Made by a program: the position numbers and the translations under genes
Origin: Eledone cirrhosa
Taxonomy: Eukaryota
Reading direction: 5' to 3'
Assembly: GCA_964016885.1 (NCBI GenBank)
Contig: OZ024757.1
Span: 41,168,001 to 41,232,000, forward strand
Length of the DNA: 64,000 nt
In this document: positions 43,961 to 57,292 of the stretch, one piece after another
Numbering within the stretch: the first letter of the stretch is position 1
How the letters are laid out: every line of letters begins with the position of its first letter
The notes under the pieces: generated by a model
Told to the model about the DNA's origin: nothing
Database searches by the model: none
Seen by the model: the letters and a program-made list of their open reading frames with translations, nothing else

Positions 43961-45556
43961 ACACACGCAAATACTTCTCAACTCACTAACAATATATATA
44001 TATAGATATACACACACATTTTCACATATAAAAACATTCACACACATGCTCTCTCTCTCCCTCACTCTCACACACACATATAAACAGGCTATTACACACA
44101 CACATCATCCTATATATATATATATAATATTTATTTTTTAAATATATACATACATAATATATATATATATATAATATATATATATTATATATATATATAA
44201 TATATATATTTATTAAAATAACAGATTAAAGTTTAAGCAAAGAATCCCTTAACGTATAACGGATATACAGCATATATATAGTATATATATATATAGAATA
44301 TATTTAAAGGTTAAACAAGGTTCAATGAATAAATCAAAGAATGAGTTTTACAATAGATTGGAAGCACTCAACAGTTTTGGTTTTCCGGAGTTATTCATAT
44401 TAATTCAAAATATTAACAAAAATAGACATTCGTGTGATCAAGTATATTTTATTATACATATTTCAGAGGTACTGAGCTATCTTCAACAGTACGTTTATTT
44501 TAAAAACTACTCGGTCGAGAGCTTATTTGTGCTGTTTATGTAATTTTTTGCATGGATTTACATATACTGAATTCATTTGCCAAATTCTTGTGCGTTACAC
44601 ATGTGCTTTTACAAAACACTGTGTCATCCACAACACTGGCGCAGAACAAAATACCTGTTGATAACGTGATATTCCTCGTTCGATCATTATACCAAAAGCT
44701 TATTGTTTTAAGCAGACAGTATTATTGATTTATGTGTTGCAGAAGCCCTGCATTTGGATTTTACCATCAATTCCTAGGGTCCGGGTGAATATGTCATTTA
44801 TTTTGTCTGACCCGTTTAGCTTGATTCGTTTTTTTGACTTAGGTGGTTAATGGCTTCTTGACCGCCTTCTCAGTTTGTATGGCCTTTATAACCTATGTTT
44901 ATTGCTCTAGTCTTTATTTGGTCCATGGAGCGCTTGTCAGCATGACTCGGAATTTGCGTTGCGTTTCGCTTTTTCTACCCGTCAAAATGCGATTCTCGCT
45001 GAATATATATTTGTATATATATATATATATATACACATGTACATATATATATATATATATATATATAGTGTGTGTGTGTGAGTAAGCTTTCGATCAATAG
45101 TTCCGAAGAAAACATTATGCACCCCTACACCCTCACACCCGCTACAACACACACCCCTGTCCCCTGCACCTGCACCCACACACACCCCGCACCCTCATAC
45201 ACACCCTGCACCCCCCACACACACACCCACACCCCTCACAGCCACACACACCCTACACCCCCTCACAACTACACACACCCTACACCCCTACACCCAAACA
45301 CCCCGTACCCTAACACTCCTACACCCTCACACTCCCTGCACCCCACCCCTACACCCCACCCACCCCCACTACACCTACAGCCACACACAGACACACCATA
45401 AATTCAAGTTTAACATTCATGCAGCATGTAATTCAAACTAAATTATTCTAATTGCTAGACTTGCTAATCATGAGCAAAATTTATTATCATGAGAATTTAA
45501 GCTTTTTCCTCCCAGCCCTTCCTCCCCTAATTACCTTCCCCTCTTCAGTCTGTCTA

Positions 45557-45640
<84 letters not shown>

Positions 45641-45691
45641 AAGAGAGAGAAAGAGAGAGAGAGCTAGATCTATCTATCTAACTATCTCTCT

Positions 45692-45724
<33 letters not shown>

Positions 45725-45750
45725 CATTTATATATATATATATCAATCTA

Positions 45751-45831
<81 letters not shown>

Positions 45832-46235
45832 CATCCATCCATCTCTTTATCCATGTATCTATATATCTATTTATCTATCTATCTGTCCTTATCTATCTAC
45901 CTACATATCTACATATCTATCTATCCACCTATCTACCTATCTACATATCTATCTATCCACCTATCTACCTATCCACCTATCCACCTATCCACCTATCCAC
46001 CTATCCACCTATCCACCTATCCACCTATCCACCTATCTATCTATCTATCTATCCACCTATCCCTCTATAGAACTATTGCTTTGTTTCCAAATTTACATAA
46101 GACAATAAAGATTCCCTGACACCAGTAAATGTGTCTAAGGTGGAAGTAAGGGGCTGAAATCATAGTTTGTCTTCTTTCTTTCTTTCTAATTGCTTCATGA
46201 ATATCACTCCCACTCTCTCTCTCTCACGCATTCGT

Positions 46236-46289
<54 letters not shown>

Positions 46290-46642
46290 TTACTATCTCT
46301 GTCTCTCATTCAAACTCTCTGTTTCTCACTCACCCCCTCCCTCACTCAACTCTGTCTTTCTCTCTCTATCTTTGTCTTTTTATTTCACTCTCTCTCTCTG
46401 CCTCTCTCCTGCTGTCTCTCACTCTCTCTCTCACTATATATATATATATGATCCTCTCTATTACTGTAGTTTACCGAAGTCAACTTTGCCATTCACACTT
46501 TTGAGGTTTATAATAAAAGTACCAGTGCTGAAATGGGGTTTAATTCTTCCCCTCTCTCTCTCCCTCTCTTCCCCTCTCTCTCTCCCTCCCTCTCTCCACC
46601 TCCCTTCCCCCACTCTCCCCCACTCTCCCCCTCCCTCTCCCC

Positions 46643-46719
<77 letters not shown>

Positions 46720-46960
46720 CCTCTCAATTACTTAGTTTGCTGAGGTCAACTTTGCCATTCATCATCTTAAGGTCGATAAATCAAAATTATCATTCCAATA
46801 ATGGGGTTGATTCTTCCTCTCTCTCTCTCTCTCTATATATATATATCTCTCTATATATATATCTCTCTCTCTATATATATCTCCCTCTATATATATCTCT
46901 CTCTATATATATATCTCTCTATATATATATCTCCCTCTATCACTCTCTATCTATCTATCA

Positions 46961-47021
<61 letters not shown>

Positions 47022-47025
<4 letters not shown>

Positions 47026-47433
47026 TTAAAAAAATAATGAATAAAACAATGAAACAGTTCCTTATATTAAACAAAAAAAGTTCATTATTTAACAATCGTT
47101 TCTAGGATATATATGTGTTAGAATTGGCATGCATATTCAACAGATCTATGTACAAAATTATACAAAATTATACAAGATTATACAAACTATCAAATTTAAT
47201 ATACATACCAACACATACATATGCCGTCTTCAGAAATAATTTCTGAAGACGGCATATGTATGTGTTGGTATGTATATTAAATTTGATAGTTTGTATAATT
47301 TTGTACATAGATCTGTTGAATATGCATGCCAATTCTAACACATATATGTCCTAGAAACGATCGTTAAATAATGAACTTTTTTTGTTTAATATAAGGAACT
47401 GTTTCATTGTTTTATTCATTATTTTTTTTATAT
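47022..47433. repeat. Near-perfect fold-back palindrome (~200-bp arms) centred at 47238, with hammerhead core
   Basis: The centre reads TCTTCAGAAAT-A-ATTTCTGAAGA. The arms match out to ~47022/47433, and the left arm has an extra ~20-bp ATTATACAA duplication. Confidence 0.9.
47239..47369 (+). ncRNA. Putative type I hammerhead ribozyme (Penelope-like minimal type, long stem II)
   Basis: Stem I ATTT/AAAT; CTGAAGA 47243-47249; stem II ATATGTATGTGTTGG pairing with CTAACACATATATGT; GAAA 47354-47357; palindromic ACGATCGT; predicted GUU cleavage triplet. Confidence 0.55.
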
Positions 47434-47569
47434 TTTATCTTGACTCTGTATTCCGTTTATCTTTCACCGAAAGTGATTTTTGAATGCATCTCTTCTTTCC
47501 ATGATATCCGGATTACATTGAGTTCTTCATACGGATTGGACACTACCGTAAACTCTTGGTAGATTTATC

Positions 47570-47615
<46 letters not shown>

Positions 47616-47669
47616 TATCTATCTCTATATCTATCTATCTATCTATCTCTATATCTATCTATCTATCTA

Positions 47670-47700
<31 letters not shown>

Positions 47701-48456
47701 GAATATACACATATACACACATATATATCTATCTGACTATCTATCTCTATATCTATCTATCTATCTATCTATCTGTCTATGTATCTATTTTTCTTCAAGA
47801 AATTATCTGTGTCCAAGGCTGGAGAAAGACAGTGTCTGTCATATTTAAAATCCCCAAACCCCAGACCACAAATTGTACAAATGGTTAATTAGAATACATA
47901 GAGGTATGGTAAGTGTAGTATATCTCTACTGTATATAACAAATAATTCAACTAAACTCAAAGAATGGCCTCCTGCTGGTCAAGAATATAGAAAAACTGTT
48001 CTGTAGAGAGGTTCCATCATTGGCCAATAATTTTAGAGATTAAAATTTAATGTGTTCTGGGAATTCTGCAGAAATATTGGCTTATTCTGATACATGATAA
48101 ATTCTCTGTGATAAAATGGTAAAATGATAAATTCTATTGATGACATGGCGTAGATTTATATGATATATATATATATATATATATATATCATATAAATCTA
48201 CGCTATATATATATATATATATATATACACAGTTGTATATATGTATATATATGTATTTATTATTACTATATGTGTATATATACATATACAAATATATATA
48301 TATTTATTATATATATATACATACATCCACACATATATATATATATATATTTATATATTTATGTATATACATACATACATAGATACACACACATATATAT
48401 ATTATATGTATATATATATTATATAGATATGTATATTTATTTATTTTACTATTTGT

Positions 48457-48490
<34 letters not shown>

Positions 48491-48504
48491 TATATATGAT
48501 GTGT

Positions 48505-48888
48505 TCGGACCGGGTGATGTGTTGTTTCCTTGAGCAAGACACTTTATTTCGCATTGCTCCAGTTTACTCAGCTGTAGAAATGAGATGATAGGACTGGGGT
48601 CCCTATCATTCCACTGCAAAGTGGTCATGGAGGTGCGACGGCAAAGAAGTACCCAGCCCACACTGTAAAGTGGACGTGTAGGCGCCACGGCAAAAAAGCA
48701 CCCAGCACTCACTGTAAATGAGCTTGGTGTTAGGAAGGGCATCCAACTGTAGAAATCAAGCCAGAATCAGTTCCCGTATGAGCAAGACATGGTCAACCGA
48801 CCGGACATTGCCAACAACAGGACAACCCATCTAACCCATGCTAGAGTAGAAGAACAGACATAAAACGGTGATGATGATGATGATAATG
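48505..48888 (+). mobile_element. SINE family B (CCTTGAGCAAGACACTT core) with RTE-derived 3' tail
   Basis: The 5' part reads GTGTTGTTTCCTTGAGCAAGACACTTTATTTC. The 3' part, CCCAGC.C.CACTGTAAA..GGTGTTAGGAAGGGCATCCAACTGTAGAAA..AACCCATGCTAG..(GAT)n, matches 11320-11490. Fragments of the 5' part lie at ~18535-18595 (+), ~53352-53425 (+) and ~54908-54970 (-). Confidence 0.75.
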
Positions 48889-49936
48889 ATATATATATAT
48901 ATACACATACACACATACATATATATATATGTCTGTATCTGTATATAATCGTGGGTAGAAATGAAAGAAAAGAACAATCAAACACAATATAGAAGTTCAA
49001 TATTTCAAATTTAATATAAATATGTATAGATGATGATGATGATGATGATTATATATATATATATAATATATATATATAGAGAGAGATATTTATGTATGTA
49101 AATTTGTTTTTGTATATGTAAGTATATGTCTATATATGTCTATATATATATGTGTGTGTGTGTATACGCATGTCTATATATGTGTGCGTGAGTATGTGTG
49201 TAAGCCATTATTTCCTATAATGACAGACCAGTTATAAACCCATGCTGACAATTATGTGAAGAAGAGTTAAACCAAAAGAAACGATAATGAGAGCTGGTGA
49301 GGATTAGAAGTAGAAACTGTTAGCTTTGGTTATTTATTTAGAGAGGATATATGGTGCTTTGTAGATATATCAAACCCATGCTGATATAGCACTTGAGAGT
49401 TTGACTAGCAAACAGGAGAATAAGTACATCATCATCATCATTGTCATCATCATTGTGGTCATCAGCAGCATCCTCATCATTATCATCATCATCTTCATCA
49501 TCATCATCCTCATTATTATTGTCAGCATCCTCACCACCATTAAATACAACGATAGGTTTACTAGAGAAATAAAACCCTTTAATATGTGTAGTTATATTTC
49601 ATAGAAGTAGTAGTTTGGAGCCTGGCTGGTTGATATTTAAGGGGTTGGAAAGATAGGTTTACTAGAAAAGGAAAAAACCCTTTAAAATATGTGATTATAT
49701 TTCATAGAACTTTAGGTGGTTTGGGGGCTGGTTGGCTGGTTGGTATAAAAAGGGCTGGAAATATAGATTTACTAGAAATGTAAGAGATGAGATATTAGGA
49801 AATCTGCAGAGATATGTTTGCTTAACAAGAGAGAGGTGAACATGAGATGTCCAATGAATTAGCGAGAAAGGAAGTCTTCATTCTGTTGATATGGAGAACA
49901 TTGTTGTGTAACAGCCAAGAGAATAATTCCATTCTT

Positions 49937-51045
49937 ACACACCGCACCACACCATACTACACCATACTACACCGCACCACACCGTACTACACCGCACCAC
50001 ACCATACTACACCATACTACACCGCACCACACCGTACCACACCGCACCACACCGTACCACACCACACCATACTACACCGCACCACACCATACTACACCAT
50101 ACTACACCGCACCACACCGTACCACACCATACTACACCGCACCACACCATACTACACCATACTACACCGCACCACACCGTACCACACCGCACCACACCGT
50201 ACCACACCATACTACACCGCACCACACCATACTACACCATACTACACCGCACCACACCATACTACACCGCACCACACCGTACCACACCATACTACACCGC
50301 ACCACACCATACTACACCATACTACACCGCACCACACCGTACCACACCGCACCATACCGTACCACACCACACCACACCATACTACACCACACCACACCGT
50401 ACTACACCATACTACACCGCACCACACCGTACTACACCATACTACACCGCACCACACCATACTACACCACACCACACCATACTACTCTGCACCACACCGT
50501 ACTACACCATACTACACCGCACCACACCATACTACACCACACCACACCATACTACACCACACCACACCGTACTACACCATACTACACCGCACCACACCGT
50601 ACTACACCATACTACACCACACCACACCATACTACTCTGCACCACACCGTACTACACCATACTACACCGCACCACACCATACTACACCACACCACACCGT
50701 ACTACACCATACTACACCGCACCACACCGTACTACACCATACTACACCGCACCACACCATACTACACCACACCACACCATACTACTCTGCACCACACCGT
50801 ACTACACCATACTACACCGCACCACACCGTACTACACCATACTACACCATACTACACCATACTACACCACACCGTACTACACCATACTACACCGCACCAC
50901 ACCATACTACACCACACCATACTACACCACACCACACCATACTACTCTGCACCACACCGTACTACACCATACTACACCGCACCACACCGTACTACACCAT
51001 ACTACACCGCACCACACCGTACTACACTGTACTACGCTGCACCAT
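49937..51045. repeat. Pentamer-based satellite (ACCAT/ACTAC/ACCGC/ACCAC/ACCGT)
   Basis: Continuous 5-bp/10-bp periodicity; source of the HHTTPYYT pseudo-protein. Confidence 0.95.
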
Positions 51046-51477
51046 ACCTCACTATAGACTTCATACCTCTCTCACTCTCTTCTCACTGGCTACCTCCCCT
51101 TCCTTTGACTACCTCTTCTTCTCCTACCTACCCTCATATCTCACAAACTATCTCCCCCACCTCCCACCACACCACATTACACCTATCTCCCCCACCTCCC
51201 CCCACACCTCACATTACACCTGTTTCCTGAGGCCTCTCATATCACTGACTACCTCCCCTTACTCCTACTCCTCTTACTCCTCCTACTCCTACCTTCTCTC
51301 ACATCTCACAACCTACCTCCCACCACCCCACCTCCCACTGCCATGCCTACATTTTTCTACCTCCTTCACAACAACTCAGCTCACTTCCTTCAGAGTACTT
51401 GTTTTTTTTTGTTTTTTACCCTCTTTCACCTTCTCCCTCCCCTACCCTCCCTTTCTATTCCACTCCATTCTTTTCCA

Positions 51478-53005
51478 TTCTATCCTGTTCTATCCTGTCC
51501 TATCCTGTTCTATCGTGTCCTATCCTGTTCTATTGTGTCCTATCCTGTTCTATCCTGTCCTATCCTGTTCTATTGTGTCCTATCCTGTTCTATCCTGTTC
51601 TATCGTGTCCTATCCTGTTCTATCCTGTCCTATCCTGTTCTATTGTGTCCTATCCTGTTCTATCCTGTTCTATCGTGTCCTATCCTGTTCTATCGTGTCC
51701 TATCCTGTTCTATTGTGTCCTATCCTGTTCTATTGTGTCCTATCATGTTCTATTGTGTCCTATCATGTTCTATCGTGTCCTATCCTGTTCTATCCATTCT
51801 ATCATATTCTATCCTGTTCTATCGTGTCCTATCCTGTTCTATCGTGTCCTATCCTGTTCTATCGTGTCCTATTATGTTCTATCGTGTCCTATTATGTTCT
51901 ATCGTGTCCTATCCTGTTCTATCGTGTCCTATTATGTTCTATCGTGTCCTATCCTGTTCTATCGTGTCCTATCATATTCTATCCTGTTCTATCGTGTCCT
52001 ATCCTGTTCTATCGTGTCCTATCCTGTTCTATCGTGTCCTATCCTGTTCTATTGTGTCCTATCCTGTTCTATCGTGTCCTATCCTGTTCTATCGTGTCCT
52101 ATCCTGTTCTATCGTGTCCTATCCTGTTCTATCGTGTCCTATTATGTTCTATCGTGTCCTATCCTGTTCTATCGTGTCCTATCATATTCTATCCTGTTCT
52201 ATCGTGTCCTATCCTGTTCTATCGTGTCCTATCCTGTTCTATTGTGTCCTATCCTGTTCTATCGTGTCCTATCCTGTTCTATCGTGTCCTATTATGTTCT
52301 ATCGTGTCCTATCCTGTTCTATCGTGTCCTATTATGTTCTATCGTGTCCTATCCTGTTCTATCGTGTCCTATTATGTTCTATCGTGTCCTATCCTGTTCT
52401 ATCGTGTCCTATCATATTCTATCCTGTTCTATCGTGTCCTATCCTGTTCTATCGTGTCCTATCCTGTTCTATCGTGTCCTATCATGTTCTATTGTGTCCT
52501 ATCCTGTTCTATCGTGTCCTATCCTGTTCTATCCTGTCCTATTATGTTCTATCGTGTCCTATCCTGTTCTATCGTGTCCTATCCCGTTCTATTGTGTCCT
52601 ATCCTGTTCTATCGTGTCCTATCCTGTTCTATCGTGTCCTATCCTGTTCTATTGTGTCCTATCCTGTTCTATCGTGTCCTATCCTGTTCTATCGTGTCCT
52701 ATCCTGTTCTATCGTGTCCTATCCTGTTCTATCGTGTCCTATCCTGTTCTATTGTGTCCTATCCTGTTCTATCGTGTCCTATCCTGTTCTATCGTGTCCT
52801 ATCCTGTTCTATTGTGTCCTATCCTGTTCTATTGTGTCCTATCCTGTTCTATCGTGTCCTATCCTGTTCTATCCTGTTCTATCGTGTCCTATCCTGTTCT
52901 ATCGTGTCCTATCCTGTTCTATCCTGTTCTATCGTGTCCTATCCTGTTCTATCGTGTCCTATCCTGTTCTATCCTGTTCTATCGTGTCCTATCCTGTTCT
53001 ATTGT
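51478..53005. repeat. 10/20-bp satellite (TATCCTGTTC TATCGTGTCC)n
   Basis: Strict 10-bp register over ~1.5 kb, with variants TATTGTGTCC, TATTATGTTC and TATCATATTC. Confidence 0.95.
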
Positions 53006-53212
53006 ATCTTGGCTCAATTATTTGCTATATTGGGAGTAATTCTGGAACTATCCTTCCAGTGTTGCTTTAATTACTCCATCGAAACATTGCTAGTACTAAA
53101 CATGACACATTTGAAAGTAATTAAATGACAAACATGGCTTTAATTAATGGTCTTTCGAAGTAAAAAAATAAAAATAAAAAAGGAAGAACAACAATGACAA
53201 CAAAAATAATGG

Positions 53213-53340
53213 CTTCTACTTTAGGCACAAGGCCAGCAAGTTTTGGGGGAGGGCAAAGTCGATTAAATTGATCGCAGTACATTACTGGTACTTTATTTTA
53301 TCAACCCTGTAAGGATGAAAGGCAATTTGAACACAGATCT
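53213..53340 (-). mobile_element. SINE family A, partial
   Basis: TTCTACTTTAGGCACAAGGCCAGC...TTACTGGTACTTTATTTTATCAACCC..GGATGAAAGGC. Confidence 0.8.
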
Positions 53341-53562
53341 TACATTCATGAGGTTGTGAGTTAGATTCCTAGACCGGACGATGTGTTATGTCCTTGAGCA
53401 AGACACTTTATTTCACGTTGCTCCTTTGGTCAGGAGTTGTGACTAGTAGATAGTAGCAGCAATGGAAAGACCAATGGAATCATTGTTTCCTTGGTCTGAT
53501 TTCAAGAGCTCCATCCTTGTTGTGTAAGCAAATAAGGTTAGGGATCTTGTCAATTGTTTTGT

Positions 53563-54042
53563 TTAACTCTTTAGCATTTAAACTGGCCATATCTGGTCAG
53601 AATTCTCCCACCTCTTTCTGTTAAAACCAGCCATAACTGGCCACTCATACAGATGTTAAGGTATTGTTCTCAAAATAAATAATATCAATATCTCATAGAT
53701 TCGATATTATGAGATAATTATGTAAGGTAAAGCCTTTACCAGAAAAATACAATTGTATATATAGAGTAATATAAATGTCATGTGACATATTATATGAGAT
53801 AATTATATAAGGTAATTATGTAAGGTAAAGCCTTTACCACGAAAATACAATAGTATATATAGAATAATGTAAATGTTCGGTGAGGTATTATGTGAGATAA
53901 TTATGAGGTAAAACCTTTATGATGAAAATACAATAGTATATATAGAGTAATATAAATGTTATGTGAGACATTATGTGAGGTAAAGCCTTTACAACAAACA
54001 CGCAATAGTAAATATAGAGTAATGTAAATGTGAAAGGGTTAA
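53563..54042. mobile_element. piggyBac-type MITE (TTAA target site, imperfect TIRs) with internal tandem repeats
   Basis: TTAA-CTCTTTAGCATTTA ... TAAATGTGAAAGGG-TTAA. About 4 internal repeats of GAGATAATTATG..AGGTAAAGCCTTTA..AATACAAT (53705-54030). Related left ends lie at ~38767 and ~40897. Confidence 0.65.
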
Positions 54043-54227
54043 GAGACTCCCTATCATTAAAACATCCAAGAAACATCCTATAAGGTGTAATCTGATAGAA
54101 GGCTAGCTATACCTACACAGGTATGAACTGTAACCAGAACAAAAAGATTACCAAATCATTTAACACCCCCGTCACCCCAACCACCCTCACACACCTCAGG
54201 AATACCTCTACAATTATCATTATTATT

Positions 54228-54388
54228 GGTGGTGGATTAGTAGTATCGGTAGAGGGTCGGACGCCATGCTTTGACGCATAGTTACGGCACTTGCTATTCT
54301 GAGTTTAAATTACGGGGTCGATAAAATAAAGCACCAGTAATACACTGGATAATTGCTGGCCTTGTGCCAAAAGTAGAATCAATTATTA
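54228..54388 (+). mobile_element. SINE family A with internal deletion
   Basis: GGTGGATTAGTAGTATCGGTAGAGGGTCGGACGCC...GAGTTTAAAT joined directly to TACGGGGTCGATAAAAT...GTGCCAAAAGTAG. Confidence 0.82.
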
Positions 54389-55938
54389 TGCTAGTATCAT
54401 TAGCACTGCTGCACCAAAATATTCAGACCGATTCCAACCATTACCATTTTTACTTAATAGTCAAAATAATTCCATTTTCATGAATCGTTCCACTTTAGTT
54501 ATATATATATATATATATCTATATATATAACTAGTTATATATATATCTATATATATAACTAGTTATATATATATATATATATATATAACTAAAGACACAT
54601 TATTGCTGGCTTGAGCTGCTTCTGTTTGGCACCACAAACAGGTTTTCACACATGGTTGGTTGGCAGGTGGAGTAAAGAGATAAATATGATGTTATGGTTG
54701 ATTGACAAATGAATAATTAAAGAATGGCAAATATATGGTTCTAATACGTATAAAAATAAACAGATATATATATATTTATATTTCCTTAGATTGATAGAGA
54801 TGCTGGTGGAATGTGTGATGTTCATGCATTTATCTAGGATTAAAATAAATTAAATGGAACAAAAATTGATATGAAACAACCCATAAAACATTTTTATAGT
54901 TGCTTTTGCAATGTGAAATAAAGTGTCTTGCTCAAGGACACAATGTACCGCTGTGAATTGAACTCACAACATTATTATTGAAGGTGTATAGCTTTGTGGT
55001 TAGGATATTTGGCTTACAATTTTATATATGTATATGTGTGTGTGTGTGTGCATGTTTAAGCCTGTCTATTCTATGATGAGTGTATCATGATGATGATGAT
55101 CATCATCATCGTTTTACGTCTGCTTTTCCCTGCTTGCAAGGGATATATATGTATATGTCTGTCTGTGTGTGTGTGAATGGGTGTGTGACTTGCTGATCTC
55201 CAAGCTACACATTCTTTCCTCAGACATTCTGACCACATGTCCATAGTATCGGAGCTGTGATCTCTCAATTCAGAGATTCTTTCCTCAGACATTCTAACTA
55301 CATGTCTATAGTATCGGAGCTGTCATCTCTCAATTCAGAGAAGTAGCAGCTCTACCTGGAGCAACTCTCTTATCAAAATCATATAATGAGATTTTTTTTT
55401 TTCATTTCAGAATTCTAAAGTGTCCAAAGATATTTGTTATTGTGAGATAATATAATGCTTTACTGTGGACAAAATCATATGTTGGCTAATAGAGTTGTCA
55501 GGTAATCAGGGATCCCTTAGTGAAAAGTAGAATAAAAAGAGAGAGATATTTCTAAAGGAGATCCTTCTTTTCCTCTACTCCTATGTATCTCTTTTGCTGT
55601 TACACTTTGATTTCTTGTCTTCTAAGAGTGTGGATTCCAATGTGACATATATCCAATAACAATGCATGGATCAACTATTTACATGGATCACCTTCCACCT
55701 TCCAACCAAATGTTATTCCTGTCTCTCTCTTTGATATATAATATAAAGTCTGTTGAAACGGTTTGCCGAGATATCAGGGAAAATAATTAGATATTGTCAA
55801 GTGTGCAATGTTTATATAAAATAGGAAGAAAAAGACAGAAAATCAAAGCATATATATATATATATATTAAAAATGGTATATATATATATATATATACACA
55901 TACATATATATATATATATGTATGTATATCAAAAATGG

Positions 55939-55970
<32 letters not shown>

Positions 55971-56088
55971 TTTACACACACACACACATATATATATTTA
56001 CACACACACACATATATATATATATTTACACACACACATATATATATATATATTTATATATATATGTATATATATAAATGTGTGTGTG

Positions 56089-56160
<72 letters not shown>

Positions 56161-56329
56161 TATACACTATTTCTGATAAAAATAAAGAGTTGATAAGAAG
56201 AAGCTAATAAGAAAATGTTGACATTAGCTGACATATTAGAAATAAATTCAAATACTCTCCAAATTACACCGTAAGGTTTTAAATATGTAACCTGTGTGTC
56301 AAAGAATGGAATCATGAATATAAACAGTC

Positions 56330-56928
56330 AAATGGGATTCCTCTGAAGGGTCTTTGGAGTAATGTTACTTGATAGAGAGTTTAGCTCGGAGATCAAAGAG
56401 TTGTTCCAGGTAGAGCTGCTATTTCTCTGATACTATGGACATGTGGTTAGAATATAAATGGCTAAAATGGGGTTTCTCTGAAGAGTCTTTGGAGTAAGCT
56501 TACTCGATAGAATGTGTAGCCTGGAGATCAGAGAGTCACTCCAGATAGAGCTGTTACTTCTCTGAATTGAGGGATCACAGTTCCAATATTATGGGCATGT
56601 TGTTAGAATGTCTCATGAAAGAATATGTAGCTCAGAGATGTGAGAGTCACTCCAGGTAGAGCTGCTACTTCTCTGAACTGAGAGATAACAGCTCTGATAT
56701 TAATGAGATGTGGTTAAAATGGGGTTCCTCTGAAGGGTCTTTGGAGTAATGTTACTTGATAGAATGTATAGCTTAGAGATCAGGGAGTTGTTCGAGGTAG
56801 AGCTGCTACTTCTCTGATACTATGGACATGTGGTTAGAATAGCAGAAGCAGAAATGGGATTCCTCTGAAAGGTCTTTGGAGTAAGCTTACTTGATAGAAT
56901 GTGTAGCCTGGAGATCAGAGAGTCACTG
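56330..56928 (+). repeat. Tandem array of degenerate RTE-derived units (same family as 39965-40315)
   Basis: AAATGGG(A/G)TT(C/T)CTCTGAA..GTCTTTGGAGTAA recurs at ~56331, 56467, 56717 and 56852. CCAGGTAGAGCTGCTACTTCTCTGA recurs several times. Reverse-strand pieces lie at ~55190-55370. Confidence 0.75.
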
Positions 56929-57072
56929 AGGCAAAATTTGATAATACACACATTTTACAATCCTCACACAAATGATGCCACAAGAGCACAAACAAGAGTA
57001 AATATTTTTGCAAGGTTCTTAAATTGATGCTGCCCTTCTCAGGACATGGAAGAGCACCAGTACCAGTCAGCA

Positions 57073-57270
57073 CTATTTTCTGTATCTCTTGCAGCAGAGA
57101 TGACTTTTCAGGTATCTAGTCCAGATATTATTCAGTTCCCTTATCATTCCAAGAGTACCGACTACCACTGGTATTGTACAAGCCTTAAGATGCCACATTT
57201 TCTCAATTTCAATTGATAGCTCTTTATATTTACTGAGCTTTCTGAACTCTTTCGACGAGATGTTACAATG
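57073..57270 (-). mobile_element. Second, divergent R4/Dong-type RLE C-terminal fragment
   Basis: Translation ISSKEFRKLSKYKELSIEIEKMWHLKACTIPVVVGTLGMI parallels EKINRYQDLKWELKRIW..VVPIVIGTLG of the neighbouring element. Confidence 0.75.
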
Positions 57271-57292
57271 GAATGCCGTTATTATTATTATT

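Noticed and set aside
49847-53128. 1093-aa ORF as a protein-coding gene
   Set aside because: It is built from 5- and 10-bp satellites, is open in several frames at once and has no domain content.
54497-54591. Tandem palindromes TAGTT(AT)nAACTA
   Set aside because: The symmetry is mostly explained by self-complementary (AT)n and a short local duplication.
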